IMG/VR virus record: IMGVR_UViG_3300029258_002658
From: an uncultured virus (IMG/VR IMGVR_UViG_3300029258_002658)
Taxonomy: Duplodnaviria > Heunggongvirae > Uroviricota > Caudoviricetes
Length of the DNA stretch: 60,176 nt
Reading direction: 5' to 3' (one strand)
Made by a program: the position numbers and the translations under genes. The notes under the pieces were generated by a model. The model ran no database searches and had not been told where the DNA came from. It was given only the letters and a program-made list of their open reading frames with translations. Of the stretch, positions 45,912 through 54,508 are shown one piece after another (position 1 is the first letter of the stretch; every line of letters begins with the position of its first letter).

Positions 45912-48900
45912 ATGCGACCACCTGGATCCCGGCTCCGAGAAGAGGAAAGCTACGTGGCTCCTGATGTATGGGGCCACGTTGGTTCTGGGATCCTATTGGA
46001 GCGTGACGGGGAGGTATTCCTCGGCCTCCGCAGCGAAGAGGTGGCGCATCCTCTTACCTGGGGAGCCCCTGGCGGGCAGGTGCCCTTCGAACTACGCGAC
46101 AGGCTCGAAGACATCCACAAGAGCGCCGTCACCGAGTTCAAGGAGGAGGTTGGATCTCCTCCGCCAGGGAAGTACTCCGGAAGGTATGCTCGTCGTAGGA
46201 CTGAGGTGCATGACTTCTACCTCTTCCTCTACCACACCAAGTTGGACCCAGAGGTGAACCCCTACGCAGCCGGGGCTTGGGAGAACGAGGAGTTCGCGTG
46301 GTTCCCCGTGGATAACCTCCCAGAGGATGTGATTCCAGGGTTGCTTGAGGAGATCCAAGAGTTGCTTCCCCACACTATCGGATCGCCATCGGATACACCC
46401 TACGACTTGGCTGCGGACCCGCAATGGGACGATATTTTCTATGGTGAGCCGTCCGAAGCATCTGTCAAACGCCTTGCGACCTTCCTTCGCAAGAACCCTA
46501 ACCTGACACTTCGTCTTTACCACGGTACAGGGGCTTCGGCCCCTGTGATGGAACAAGGACTCAGGCCGACATCGAAGACGCGACGTAGGTCCCTACAAAG
46601 CCGTGCGGGCTACGTCTCCCTATCCGTCTACCCCGGAATGGCGGAGTCGTTCGGGAAGATGGGGTACCCCGGACAAGAAGTCGCAGTGTATGCGGTAGAC
46701 GTTCCAGTATCCTCCCTTAGCCCCGACGTAGATCAGCTACGTAACCAGCGGCAGTGGGCGGGACGAGATGTGAAGAATACCCTTGTGCAAAGTCTAGCCT
46801 ACGGCCACGGGGCTCAACATCGAGGTTCGATCCCTCCGGAGCAGATTCAACCTGTTTCCTCCACAACCCAAGGTCCCTCCGAAAAACTGCCGGGTGTTCT
46901 CCGGTCCCTCACCAAGGCATACGAGAAGTTCGAGTCCGTACAGGAGAGTGCGTGGCCTGCGTGTTGGAAGGTCTCCGAGGAGATCGTCGCGTGGCTCAGC
47001 AAGAAAGGACTGGCCCCTCTTGTTGTGCAAGGCTGGCTCGACGGGAACGAAGAACACTACCACTACTGGGTTACCGTTGAGATCAACGGGAGGGGCTGGA
47101 TCGTTGATGGTACGCGCAACCAGTTCGAGTTCCTCACCGGAGATGGTCGGCACCTTGCGATCATCCCTGAGGGAGGCCAGTACTGGGAGGAGTACCAGAC
47201 TGAGGTCGCAGGCGAGGTTGGAGGTAGGCGACACGACATCGCCGTCCTAACCCAAGCCCGTGAGATTGCCAACGGCATCGTGCGGTGGTTCAAGGACCAC
47301 GATTGGAAGGAACATCTGAAGCCGGTGCGTCTGGTACCAGGGCCTACGGGGATGGGTTACGCGGTCCAGGTCGCTCAGGGCGTACCGCCGGGGCATGTCC
47401 TTTTTCTGGTCTTGGCTAGAAAGGACGACCCCAAGATCCAGAGCGGGTACGGGACGATGGGTGGCAGTTCTATCATCGTCCTGAAAGTCTTAGACGAGCG
47501 TGAACTGGACAACCCCTACCTCGACTCGTGGATCGGTGGCGGAGGGCGCACCGCCTTGGAACACGAACTGATCCACTTCCTCGACAAGGTACGGGGTGTA
47601 GAAGCCCCTCCATCAGCGAGGTTCATTGACGATCTTCCCGTGACGACTCCGGGTGATGAACCGTGGTCCGAAGAGGAGGGGCGACGACGGTACTTCAACG
47701 ACCCGCAGGAGATGAACGCCTTCTACGGGGAGGTGGCGACCTCCATGGTCAACATGTGGAGGTCGAACCCGTTGATTCGGGAGAAGTTGAGCGATCCCAG
47801 AGAGTTCCGACGTGCCTTCGTGAGCCTCCTATCAGATGAGTTCTGGGAGTCCCTGACGCCGAAGAACCGCCAGCGGATTGAGAAGCGGATATACCAGCTG
47901 CTTACCAACCTGAAGGAAACACCTGTGGAACCAGCGACCACCAGCGGCCCTCAGTGGAAGGCCTTCAACGAACACAATGTCCGTAAGATCGCGGAGTACG
48001 TTCGGAACGGTTGCAGGAAGCGCATGGAGCCGCTGGGGAACTGTAGCTACTACACTAGGGCACTCGTAGACGAACTGCGAAAGGCCGGATTCCCCGCGAA
48101 GCACGTACTCGGCATCGTACGTCTTGACGGCAGCTACACCGACCACTGGGGTGGCAACATCGACTGGGCGAAGGACAACGACAACTGGATCTACCACCAG
48201 TTCGCCATGGTCGGGGATTGGGTTATCGACATCGCCGCTGACCAGATCAACGCCTTGATCGAGGCTCCGATGGAGCGCATCCCACCGGTCTTCATCCGGC
48301 GGTTCTCCGCCTTGGACGACAACCTACCAGGGCGCAACTACCCGAGGTACCAAGGTGAGGTAGACGGGAAGCCCAAAGTGATCGGGGGGCCTCCGGTTAA
48401 GGGCAAGAAGACCCCATCTGTAGGTGACCGGGTTCGCGCTCAAGGGGTGTCGTCCAGCGACCTTGGGGAGTGGCTCGGCGCACCACCCGTCGAAGGGATT
48501 TGGTTGGGGGACAACCGGATCTACAAGAACCGGAAGGTTTACCCAGTCCAAGCATCCACCGTGGTTCTCGTGAAGAAAGGGACGACGAGGGACCGTGCCC
48601 GAGCCAAGGAAGTCCAAGAACGACTCCAAGCGAAACGAGAAGCGTCGGTACAACAACGCAAGGACGAAGAGAAGCAGAACGCTGAGCGGATGCGTCAGGT
48701 ACTGGCTATCCTCACCAACAGCGGCCTGAAACAGAAGGGGGATGCCTTCGAGGTTCGAGGCAAAGCCGCTGTGCAAGAGAAGGGCCGCGTGGCGCTCGAC
48801 GCGCTGATGGCGAAGGGCTACAAACTCACCCGCTACGGCGGTCTGGCGATGAAGGGCTGGCCTACCCTATACGTCCACCGAGAGGAGGCTGCGGATGGCT

Positions 48901-49910
48901 ACCCAAAGCTGCTGCGGTTCACGTTCGCGGGACACGTAGTAGGAGGGGCGGGTACTTCTACTAAGGGTATCGTGGTGGATACCCGTTCGGGGTGGAAGGG
49001 TACGGTGGAGGAACTCGAACTGGTTTTCCTGGAGTACCCTGAGGTCCACATGGTCACGGTAATTGCCTATCCTCCAGGACTCACAGCCGCACAGAAGGAA
49101 AAGCATAGCGGTCTCGCACTAGCGGACTTCACTATCCGAGGTGGTCGTGCGGCAGCTGATCGCTCCGACATCGTCGTCTTCGATGAACACAACCGACGTA
49201 AGGGTGTGATGCGTCGTATCTACGACGAGTTCGAGAGACGGTACGGAGTATCCGTGGATCCCTATAGCGATCCTACAGAAGAGGGCCATGCGTTCCAGAA
49301 GAGCCGTCGCACTGGAACGCCTCCGGTCAAAGGCTTCGCTCCCGACCCTCAGTTAGTGGAAACGCTGAACTACGCCCAGCTGTACCACGGCTCTACCCCC
49401 GAAGATGGGGACTGGCCTGAAGGGCTGGAGTCGTTCGGCGGGCTCTACGTGACCAGCCTCGAATGGCTAGCTAGTACCTACGCCTCGAACATCGGAGGGA
49501 AGGGAGATCTTCACACCATCACCCTCAAACCGGGCGTCCAGTTGGCTCTTGACGAGGATGAGTTTGGCTGGGGCGACATGGTCCGCACTTGGATGTCCAG
49601 CCCAGCGGTAGGTCACTACGGGAAGTTCGTCCTCAGCGACTCCCTACGCACGGCTCTTCGAGCAGCTGGGGCCTTGGGTCAGATCAAGGAGGAGATCCAG
49701 TCCCTCCATCAACAAGTTCAGGGGGGCAGCATCGGACGCCGGGGCGAGGAGTGGCCGCTGTCACGTCTGCGTCCCTACGTTGCAGATTGGGCGACGAGGT
49801 ACACTGGGCCTGCCCTTCACGGCTGGGTAAAAACAGGAGGGGCGTCACGTACCTTGCCCAAGTTGCGAATCCTGAACCAGCAGTTCTCAGCAGAACCACC
49901 GCTGTCCTGA
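45912..49910 (+). CDS. Polyvalent protein: NUDIX, ART-like, transglutaminase-like, zincin, transglutaminase-like, GNAT, ART-like
   Basis: WGAPGG...AVTEFKEEVG; LYHGT...YVSLS; C...HYW...IVD; HELIH...YFNDPQE; GNC...HQF...VID; RRKGVMRRIY; LYHGS...GLYVT. ATG at 45912, exact start uncertain. Confidence 0.85.
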   Translation: MRPPGSRLREEESYVAPDVWGHVGSGILLERDGEVFLGLRSEEVAHPLTWGAPGGQVPFELRDRLEDIHKSAVTEFKEEVGSPPPGKYSGRYARRRTEVHDFYLFLYHTKLDPEVNPYAAGAWENEEFAWFPVDNLPEDVIPGLLEEIQELLPHTIGSPSDTPYDLAADPQWDDIFYGEPSEASVKRLATFLRKNPNLTLRLYHGTGASAPVMEQGLRPTSKTRRRSLQSRAGYVSLSVYPGMAESFGKMGYPGQEVAVYAVDVPVSSLSPDVDQLRNQRQWAGRDVKNTLVQSLAYGHGAQHRGSIPPEQIQPVSSTTQGPSEKLPGVLRSLTKAYEKFESVQESAWPACWKVSEEIVAWLSKKGLAPLVVQGWLDGNEEHYHYWVTVEINGRGWIVDGTRNQFEFLTGDGRHLAIIPEGGQYWEEYQTEVAGEVGGRRHDIAVLTQAREIANGIVRWFKDHDWKEHLKPVRLVPGPTGMGYAVQVAQGVPPGHVLFLVLARKDDPKIQSGYGTMGGSSIIVLKVLDERELDNPYLDSWIGGGGRTALEHELIHFLDKVRGVEAPPSARFIDDLPVTTPGDEPWSEEEGRRRYFNDPQEMNAFYGEVATSMVNMWRSNPLIREKLSDPREFRRAFVSLLSDEFWESLTPKNRQRIEKRIYQLLTNLKETPVEPATTSGPQWKAFNEHNVRKIAEYVRNGCRKRMEPLGNCSYYTRALVDELRKAGFPAKHVLGIVRLDGSYTDHWGGNIDWAKDNDNWIYHQFAMVGDWVIDIAADQINALIEAPMERIPPVFIRRFSALDDNLPGRNYPRYQGEVDGKPKVIGGPPVKGKKTPSVGDRVRAQGVSSSDLGEWLGAPPVEGIWLGDNRIYKNRKVYPVQASTVVLVKKGTTRDRARAKEVQERLQAKREASVQQRKDEEKQNAERMRQVLAILTNSGLKQKGDAFEVRGKAAVQEKGRVALDALMAKGYKLTRYGGLAMKGWPTLYVHREEAADGYPKLLRFTFAGHVVGGAGTSTKGIVVDTRSGWKGTVEELELVFLEYPEVHMVTVIAYPPGLTAAQKEKHSGLALADFTIRGGRAAADRSDIVVFDEHNRRKGVMRRIYDEFERRYGVSVDPYSDPTEEGHAFQKSRRTGTPPVKGFAPDPQLVETLNYAQLYHGSTPEDGDWPEGLESFGGLYVTSLEWLASTYASNIGGKGDLHTITLKPGVQLALDEDEFGWGDMVRTWMSSPAVGHYGKFVLSDSLRTALRAAGALGQIKEEIQSLHQQVQGGSIGRRGEEWPLSRLRPYVADWATRYTGPALHGWVKTGGASRTLPKLRILNQQFSAEPPLS

Positions 49911-49932
49911 CCCCTCTTGTTGGATTCGTCAT

Positions 49933-52821
49933 ATGGCCGATACCCCGAACTACGTTGCCGATCCGACCCTCTGGGAGAGGGCGAAGCGCAAGGTCTACGG
50001 CAAGAGCCGGTCAGTGGACATCTACGCCAACACAAAGATCGCAGACGAGTATGAGCGGTTAGGTGGGCGTTACCGGGGTAGCAAACCCGGTAAGGGTAGA
50101 GGCATCGAGAAGTGGTTCGCTGAACGTTGGGTGAATCTGAAGGATCGCAAGGGAGGTAGCTTCGGACCTTGTGGCCGGAAGACCGCAAAGCCCGAGGACT
50201 ACGCGACGTACCTAGATTTCATCGACACCTATCCCAAGTGCGTCCCGTTAGACAAGGCCTTGGCGATGACGGAGGCCGAGCGCGAGTTCGCTATCCTGAA
50301 CAAGGACGTGGCGCTCCTCCGAGTGAAGTGGCTACCTGGAGATCCTCCTGCGTCGGCATCGACGACACCGCCCAAGGGAAGCGATATCAAGGCCGAAGTC
50401 AGGCGGCTGCGAGAAGAAAGGAAACGTCTGGTGGCTAAGGTGAAGCGTGAAGGTGTGGCATGGCCTCCTCCCAGAACCGCATCCGGGCCATCTACCCCAG
50501 AGCCTCAGCGGATCGACTGGGAAACCTACATGCGGAGTCGCCTACCGGATCCCGGTCTCGAACACGGGGCACTCCGGGCTACTGCCCAGATGTCTCGCCG
50601 TGCCCTTCGTCAGCACCAAGCACGGCAGCGTGAACAGTTCAACGTGTTCTTCCGGGACTACGACAAGGTCCGTGCGGAGTACCTCCAGAAGATCGAGGCG
50701 CGTAAGATCATCGATCCTTCGGGGTCGCATTACCCTTCAGACGAAACCCTCGATGAGAGGATTGCCCGTCTCGAACGCATGATCGAGCAGATGGAGAACG
50801 CTGCGGACTTTTACGAAGGGGAAGGTCTGCACGACAAGGCCAGAGCCAACCGGAACGTTGCGGCCCGACGCCGGAAGGCCGTTGAGAGATGGAAGCGAGA
50901 GCGCGAGTCACAGACACCTGCTGCGAAGGAGGGTGGTATACGTCGGGCGAAGGGAAAGCGACCGAAGGGCCGACCGCGTAGCACCTACGGAACCGTGGGC
51001 TTCCCGAAAGAGGTGATCGAGATCAAGATCCCCGAACGGGACTTCCTCTCAATGGACCCTCGGTCCCGTGAATACCAAGAGAACAAGGCCGCGCAGAAGC
51101 GAGACCTTGTAGACCTTGCTCAGGCCCTGAAGAACTCAGCCTGGACGCCCGGTGCAGAACGGCCCTCCGGGGTCGAGGTGACAACCGGAAAGAAATCACG
51201 CAGTTGGATCATCGCCCCGCTATCGACGGGCGAAGAGGGCTTCCGGGTTGGACGGTGGGATCCTATGGGTCCTTCGGGGCACTCGGACTACAAAGCCCCT
51301 GGCTATGGCCGTGACCAAGATCCAGCGGACAGCGAATCCGTATGGCGGAAGATCGCCCTGGAGGAGTTGTTCTACAGCGGGGAGTACGGTCACGAGGTTG
51401 ATAGCGAAGCCGACGTGATGATCTTCCGGTTCCTTACTCCAAAGCGGAGCCTCGTGGATTGGTGGATCCAGCAACCGCTGGGGCAGTGGGGGATGCAGGT
51501 CGTCCAGGCTCGTGGTGAAGGCAATCGCCTACGCTTCGAGGGTAAGTACGAAGAGGCTGCGGAGTACGAGAAGCAGCACATGCCTCCCGGCCCCGTCCCC
51601 GATCCAACCCCGATCCCCGATACTATCGGGGGAGCGAAGGTAACCCAACGTCGCCCAGGTGATGGAGGGCATCCGGTGTTGTCCTACACCCTCACCTTCG
51701 CAGCTGAGCCTTACGCCAAGCAACGAGGCGTGTCTAAGGTCGCCCGCTCTCCGCGAGGTTTCATGCGAGCCTTCGAGGAGGCTGGCTCTTGGGAGAACCT
51801 CTCCGAGTGGTGGAAGAACCGCCGCAACAACTTCGTAGCGCGGCACATGGCCCAGGTAGAGAAGCGGGACGAGGCCCTCTGGACGAAGAAGGGCGAACCC
51901 TCCCGGCGTCACCTCGCCCTGGCAATGTGGGCTTTCACCCCGGACCCGAAGCGGTTCAAGAAGTGGCTAGACGAAAAACTAGAGGAGCGGGGGAGGTTGC
52001 TCGGTGGGACCGGCATCGATTGGATCGAAGGGTGGAAGGCGGTCTATGACACTGGTGAGTCATTGCAAGATCCGTCTTTCTACTACCCGCTTACTCCAGG
52101 GGCTCGTGTAGATGCTCCTACGGAAGATGGACTGTGGTTTACGACCAAGTTCACCGTGGCTTTGGAGTACGCCTACCAGCACGGTAGTAAGACGTTGCTC
52201 AAGGTGCGAACTGCACGGCGGGCTGCTACACCGGATCCTGATACTAGGGGATCGTACCGAACCGATTTCTTGGAGGTCGTGCAGGTAATGGATGTAGGGC
52301 GAACCACTGGAGGCCCTTCCTCGAACTTGAAGGCTCTCGGAACCACGGTGATAGACGAAGGTGGTGTCCACTTCGAGACCGGTGTACCGATACGCTTCCG
52401 CTTCATCCACAACACCGACTCGTCACCTTTCTTCGGCACGGAGTTCCAACAGCACCTCGAACCCGGCGGCTTCTACCTGCTCCACGATGAGACTGGCACA
52501 GGCCCGTTCGTCCCTGGGTGGCAAGGCGGAACAGCTGAGGTCCAGAGCCCGATTGTTTTGTGGCACAACACCGAGCAAACCATCGGGTACGACGAGCATT
52601 CCTGGAAGGCGCGACTCTTCGACAAGTTCGGATCAGGAAGTCGTGAACCCCGAGGTCAGAAGGCCGCTCGACGCCAGAACGAGAAGCTACGGCAGGCGAT
52701 CCTCGCAGCGGGGTACGATGCCGTGGTTACCGTGCGGCGGAGCGACGAACCCAGTACGTTGGAGATCGTCCTCTTGGATCCAGAGAACCAGATCGTAGAG
52801 GTGGGCGATCCCGTAAAATAG
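49933..52821 (+). CDS. Polyvalent protein with DUF5872-like N-terminus and ART-like C-terminus
   Basis: GGRY...KWFAERW...PCGRK...YPKCVP; GVSKVARS...RRHLAL.MWA domain; GLWFT segment; GYDAVV...EIVLL. Confidence 0.75.
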   Translation: MADTPNYVADPTLWERAKRKVYGKSRSVDIYANTKIADEYERLGGRYRGSKPGKGRGIEKWFAERWVNLKDRKGGSFGPCGRKTAKPEDYATYLDFIDTYPKCVPLDKALAMTEAEREFAILNKDVALLRVKWLPGDPPASASTTPPKGSDIKAEVRRLREERKRLVAKVKREGVAWPPPRTASGPSTPEPQRIDWETYMRSRLPDPGLEHGALRATAQMSRRALRQHQARQREQFNVFFRDYDKVRAEYLQKIEARKIIDPSGSHYPSDETLDERIARLERMIEQMENAADFYEGEGLHDKARANRNVAARRRKAVERWKRERESQTPAAKEGGIRRAKGKRPKGRPRSTYGTVGFPKEVIEIKIPERDFLSMDPRSREYQENKAAQKRDLVDLAQALKNSAWTPGAERPSGVEVTTGKKSRSWIIAPLSTGEEGFRVGRWDPMGPSGHSDYKAPGYGRDQDPADSESVWRKIALEELFYSGEYGHEVDSEADVMIFRFLTPKRSLVDWWIQQPLGQWGMQVVQARGEGNRLRFEGKYEEAAEYEKQHMPPGPVPDPTPIPDTIGGAKVTQRRPGDGGHPVLSYTLTFAAEPYAKQRGVSKVARSPRGFMRAFEEAGSWENLSEWWKNRRNNFVARHMAQVEKRDEALWTKKGEPSRRHLALAMWAFTPDPKRFKKWLDEKLEERGRLLGGTGIDWIEGWKAVYDTGESLQDPSFYYPLTPGARVDAPTEDGLWFTTKFTVALEYAYQHGSKTLLKVRTARRAATPDPDTRGSYRTDFLEVVQVMDVGRTTGGPSSNLKALGTTVIDEGGVHFETGVPIRFRFIHNTDSSPFFGTEFQQHLEPGGFYLLHDETGTGPFVPGWQGGTAEVQSPIVLWHNTEQTIGYDEHSWKARLFDKFGSGSREPRGQKAARRQNEKLRQAILAAGYDAVVTVRRSDEPSTLEIVLLDPENQIVEVGDPVK

Positions 52822-52878
52822 CGTGTCCCTGACGACCGGTGTAACTTCAAGAGAGCCAAAGCGTTGCTATTAAAGCGA

Positions 52879-52951
52879 TGCCGCTGGGAGGGATCGAACC
52901 TCCAACCTAGGGTTTAGAAGACCCTTGCGCTTCCATTTGCGCCACAGCGGC
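52879..52951 (-). tRNA. tRNA-Arg(TCT)
   Basis: GCCGCTG/CAGCGGC acceptor; AGGGT-CTTCTAA-ACCCT anticodon arm; TTCGATC T-loop; no encoded CCA. Confidence 0.92.
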
Positions 52952-52955
52952 GGTA

Positions 52956-53042
52956 CGGAGGGCGGAGGTCACGATCCCCATGCCCGCGAAGGCACGTTCC
53001 GCTTTCGAGACGGACCCGGCTCGCCTGTCCGGTTCACCCTCC
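52956..53042 (-). tRNA. tRNA-Ser(CGA), non-canonical 8/4 cloverleaf
   Basis: 8-bp acceptor GGAGGGTG/CGCCCTCC; D-stem CCGG/CCGG; TCCGT-CTCGAAA-GCGGA; long variable arm; 4-bp T-stem with ATCGTGA loop; G discriminator. Confidence 0.82.
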
Positions 53043-53055
53043 AGCGAATAGCACC

Positions 53056-53070
53056 TACGTCACTGTAATC
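53056..53070 (+). promoter_or_regulatory. Promoter-like motif copy
   Basis: TACGTCACTGTAATC upstream of the 53110 ORF. Confidence 0.45.
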
Positions 53071-53109
53071 TGAGTACCTCTCTAGACCCCTCTGCCTAGG
53101 AGAACACTC

Positions 53110-53757
53110 ATGGTTTCTCACGATGATGACGACCTCTACGATGACGAAGAAGACGAAGAGGAGGAGGATGGGCCTACCCAAGCTGAACTGATCTATGTTC
53201 ACCACGAATTTGTCTGGTATCGAGTAGAAGAGTTCTCTCCAGACTACTGGATTGTCGCAGACCCTGAATGCCCTACCGGCACATACGCGACCCTAGTAGG
53301 CTACTTCTTGGCGAAGGTGTCGCTGCACGATTGGCCCTACGAACATCCAAAGATTGTGAAAGTCGTGGTTCAAGGGAGCTACTGCCCCGCTGAGACCCCC
53401 GACCTCAGGATCTATCTGCTTGAGTGGACTAGAGCAGGCACCTGGAGCGCCCCTCTTATCAAGCAGTCGTTGAGGAAGGAAAGCGGCCCGTCTATTGAGG
53501 AGTATACAAAGGCATTGCAGACCCTCGAACCCGACTGGGAATCTGAGGGAGAAGTCCGGAGGTTTCTAGATGTTGCAGGGGAGGCTCTTCTACAGGGGGC
53601 TGCATATAACTGGATATCGAAGTACGCCCTGATGCTAGGGGCTGACTACGTTGTTCCAGTCGATCTAGCGAGCGGCGATGTGCGGCTCCCTTTCCATGGG
53701 CTTGGAGGCGACGAGGACGATGAAGACGACGAGGGTGGTTCGCCTTCTCTGAACTAA
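53110..53757 (+). CDS. Acidic hypothetical protein
   Basis: AGGAG RBS; 215 aa. Confidence 0.65.
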   Translation: MVSHDDDDLYDDEEDEEEEDGPTQAELIYVHHEFVWYRVEEFSPDYWIVADPECPTGTYATLVGYFLAKVSLHDWPYEHPKIVKVVVQGSYCPAETPDLRIYLLEWTRAGTWSAPLIKQSLRKESGPSIEEYTKALQTLEPDWESEGEVRRFLDVAGEALLQGAAYNWISKYALMLGADYVVPVDLASGDVRLPFHGLGGDEDDEDDEGGSPSLN

Positions 53758-53847
53758 GGGTGGTGTGGGATTCGAACCCACGGGCCGACCTTCCAGCCAA
53801 CCTCCGGCTTTCAAGACCAGTGCGATAAGCCACTCCGCCAACCACCC
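53757..53847 (-). tRNA. tRNA-Ser(TGA)
   Basis: GGGTGGT/ACCACCC acceptor; CTGGT-CTTGAAA-GCCGG; long variable arm; GTGGG-TTCGAAT-CCCAC. Confidence 0.9.
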
Positions 53848-53849
53848 GG

Positions 53850-54158
53850 ATGAACACCCAGATCCTCCAACAACTCGCCCACCTGCGCCGGATGCTCAAG
53901 GTAGGGGAAGCACTGTGGGACAAGACCAGCGCCTGGGTATACCAGTCCACCTGCTCGCTACTCCAGAAAGCGCAGCGGGCCTATTCGCGGCGGTTCATCC
54001 CGAAGGAGTACCGGGCGAAGACAAAACGTAAGCCACTGATCCACTGGTACACCACTGAAGAGGTGCAGGAGATCTGGAACTGGGATGAGGACGTGGTCCT
54101 CGACACCGACAAGACCGATACCAAAGAGATCGACCTCTGTGACCTGGAGGAGCCTTAA
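53850..54158 (+). CDS. Hypothetical protein
   Basis: 102 aa; TAATG coupling to the next ORF. Confidence 0.55.
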   Translation: MNTQILQQLAHLRRMLKVGEALWDKTSAWVYQSTCSLLQKAQRAYSRRFIPKEYRAKTKRKPLIHWYTTEEVQEIWNWDEDVVLDTDKTDTKEIDLCDLEEP

Positions 54159-54352
54159 TGGAACGACTGCAAGCATTCGTCGCGGGTCTCGCCATGTTGG
54201 GGCTGATCGTAGGGATCGTGTTCGTCGCGATCTTCGACGAGCCTGTTCCTGAAGGCACTGTGGTAACGGAAGAACAGTTCTGGTGGACCATGGTCTGTGT
54301 TGGTCTAGCGACCATCGCGTTCTACTGCTTCAAGAAGACCTTCGAGGACTGA
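54158..54352 (+). CDS. Small 2-TM membrane protein
   Basis: GGAGGAG RBS; two hydrophobic helices. Confidence 0.65.
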   Translation: MERLQAFVAGLAMLGLIVGIVFVAIFDEPVPEGTVVTEEQFWWTMVCVGLATIAFYCFKKTFED

Positions 54353-54364
54353 TCGTCTAGCCTC

Positions 54365-54483
54365 ATGCTGATTCGCATAACAACTCAGTGCGCTATGGGC
54401 TGCTCCGATACACCCTCGTGGGCATGATCGGGGCTTTCGTCTACCTCATCTGCCTCGTGGTGACTGTCCCTACGGACCTGTAA
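54365..54483 (+). pseudogene. Chimeric remnant: radical SAM 5' end joined to a membrane-protein 3' end
   Basis: MLIRITTQCAMGCS (compare MLIRITSQCAMGCS at 55177), then in another frame GLLRYTLVGMIGAFVYLICLVVTVPTDL*. Confidence 0.65.
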
Positions 54484-54508
54484 CCATTGTCTTGGAGCCA
54501 ATGGAAGA

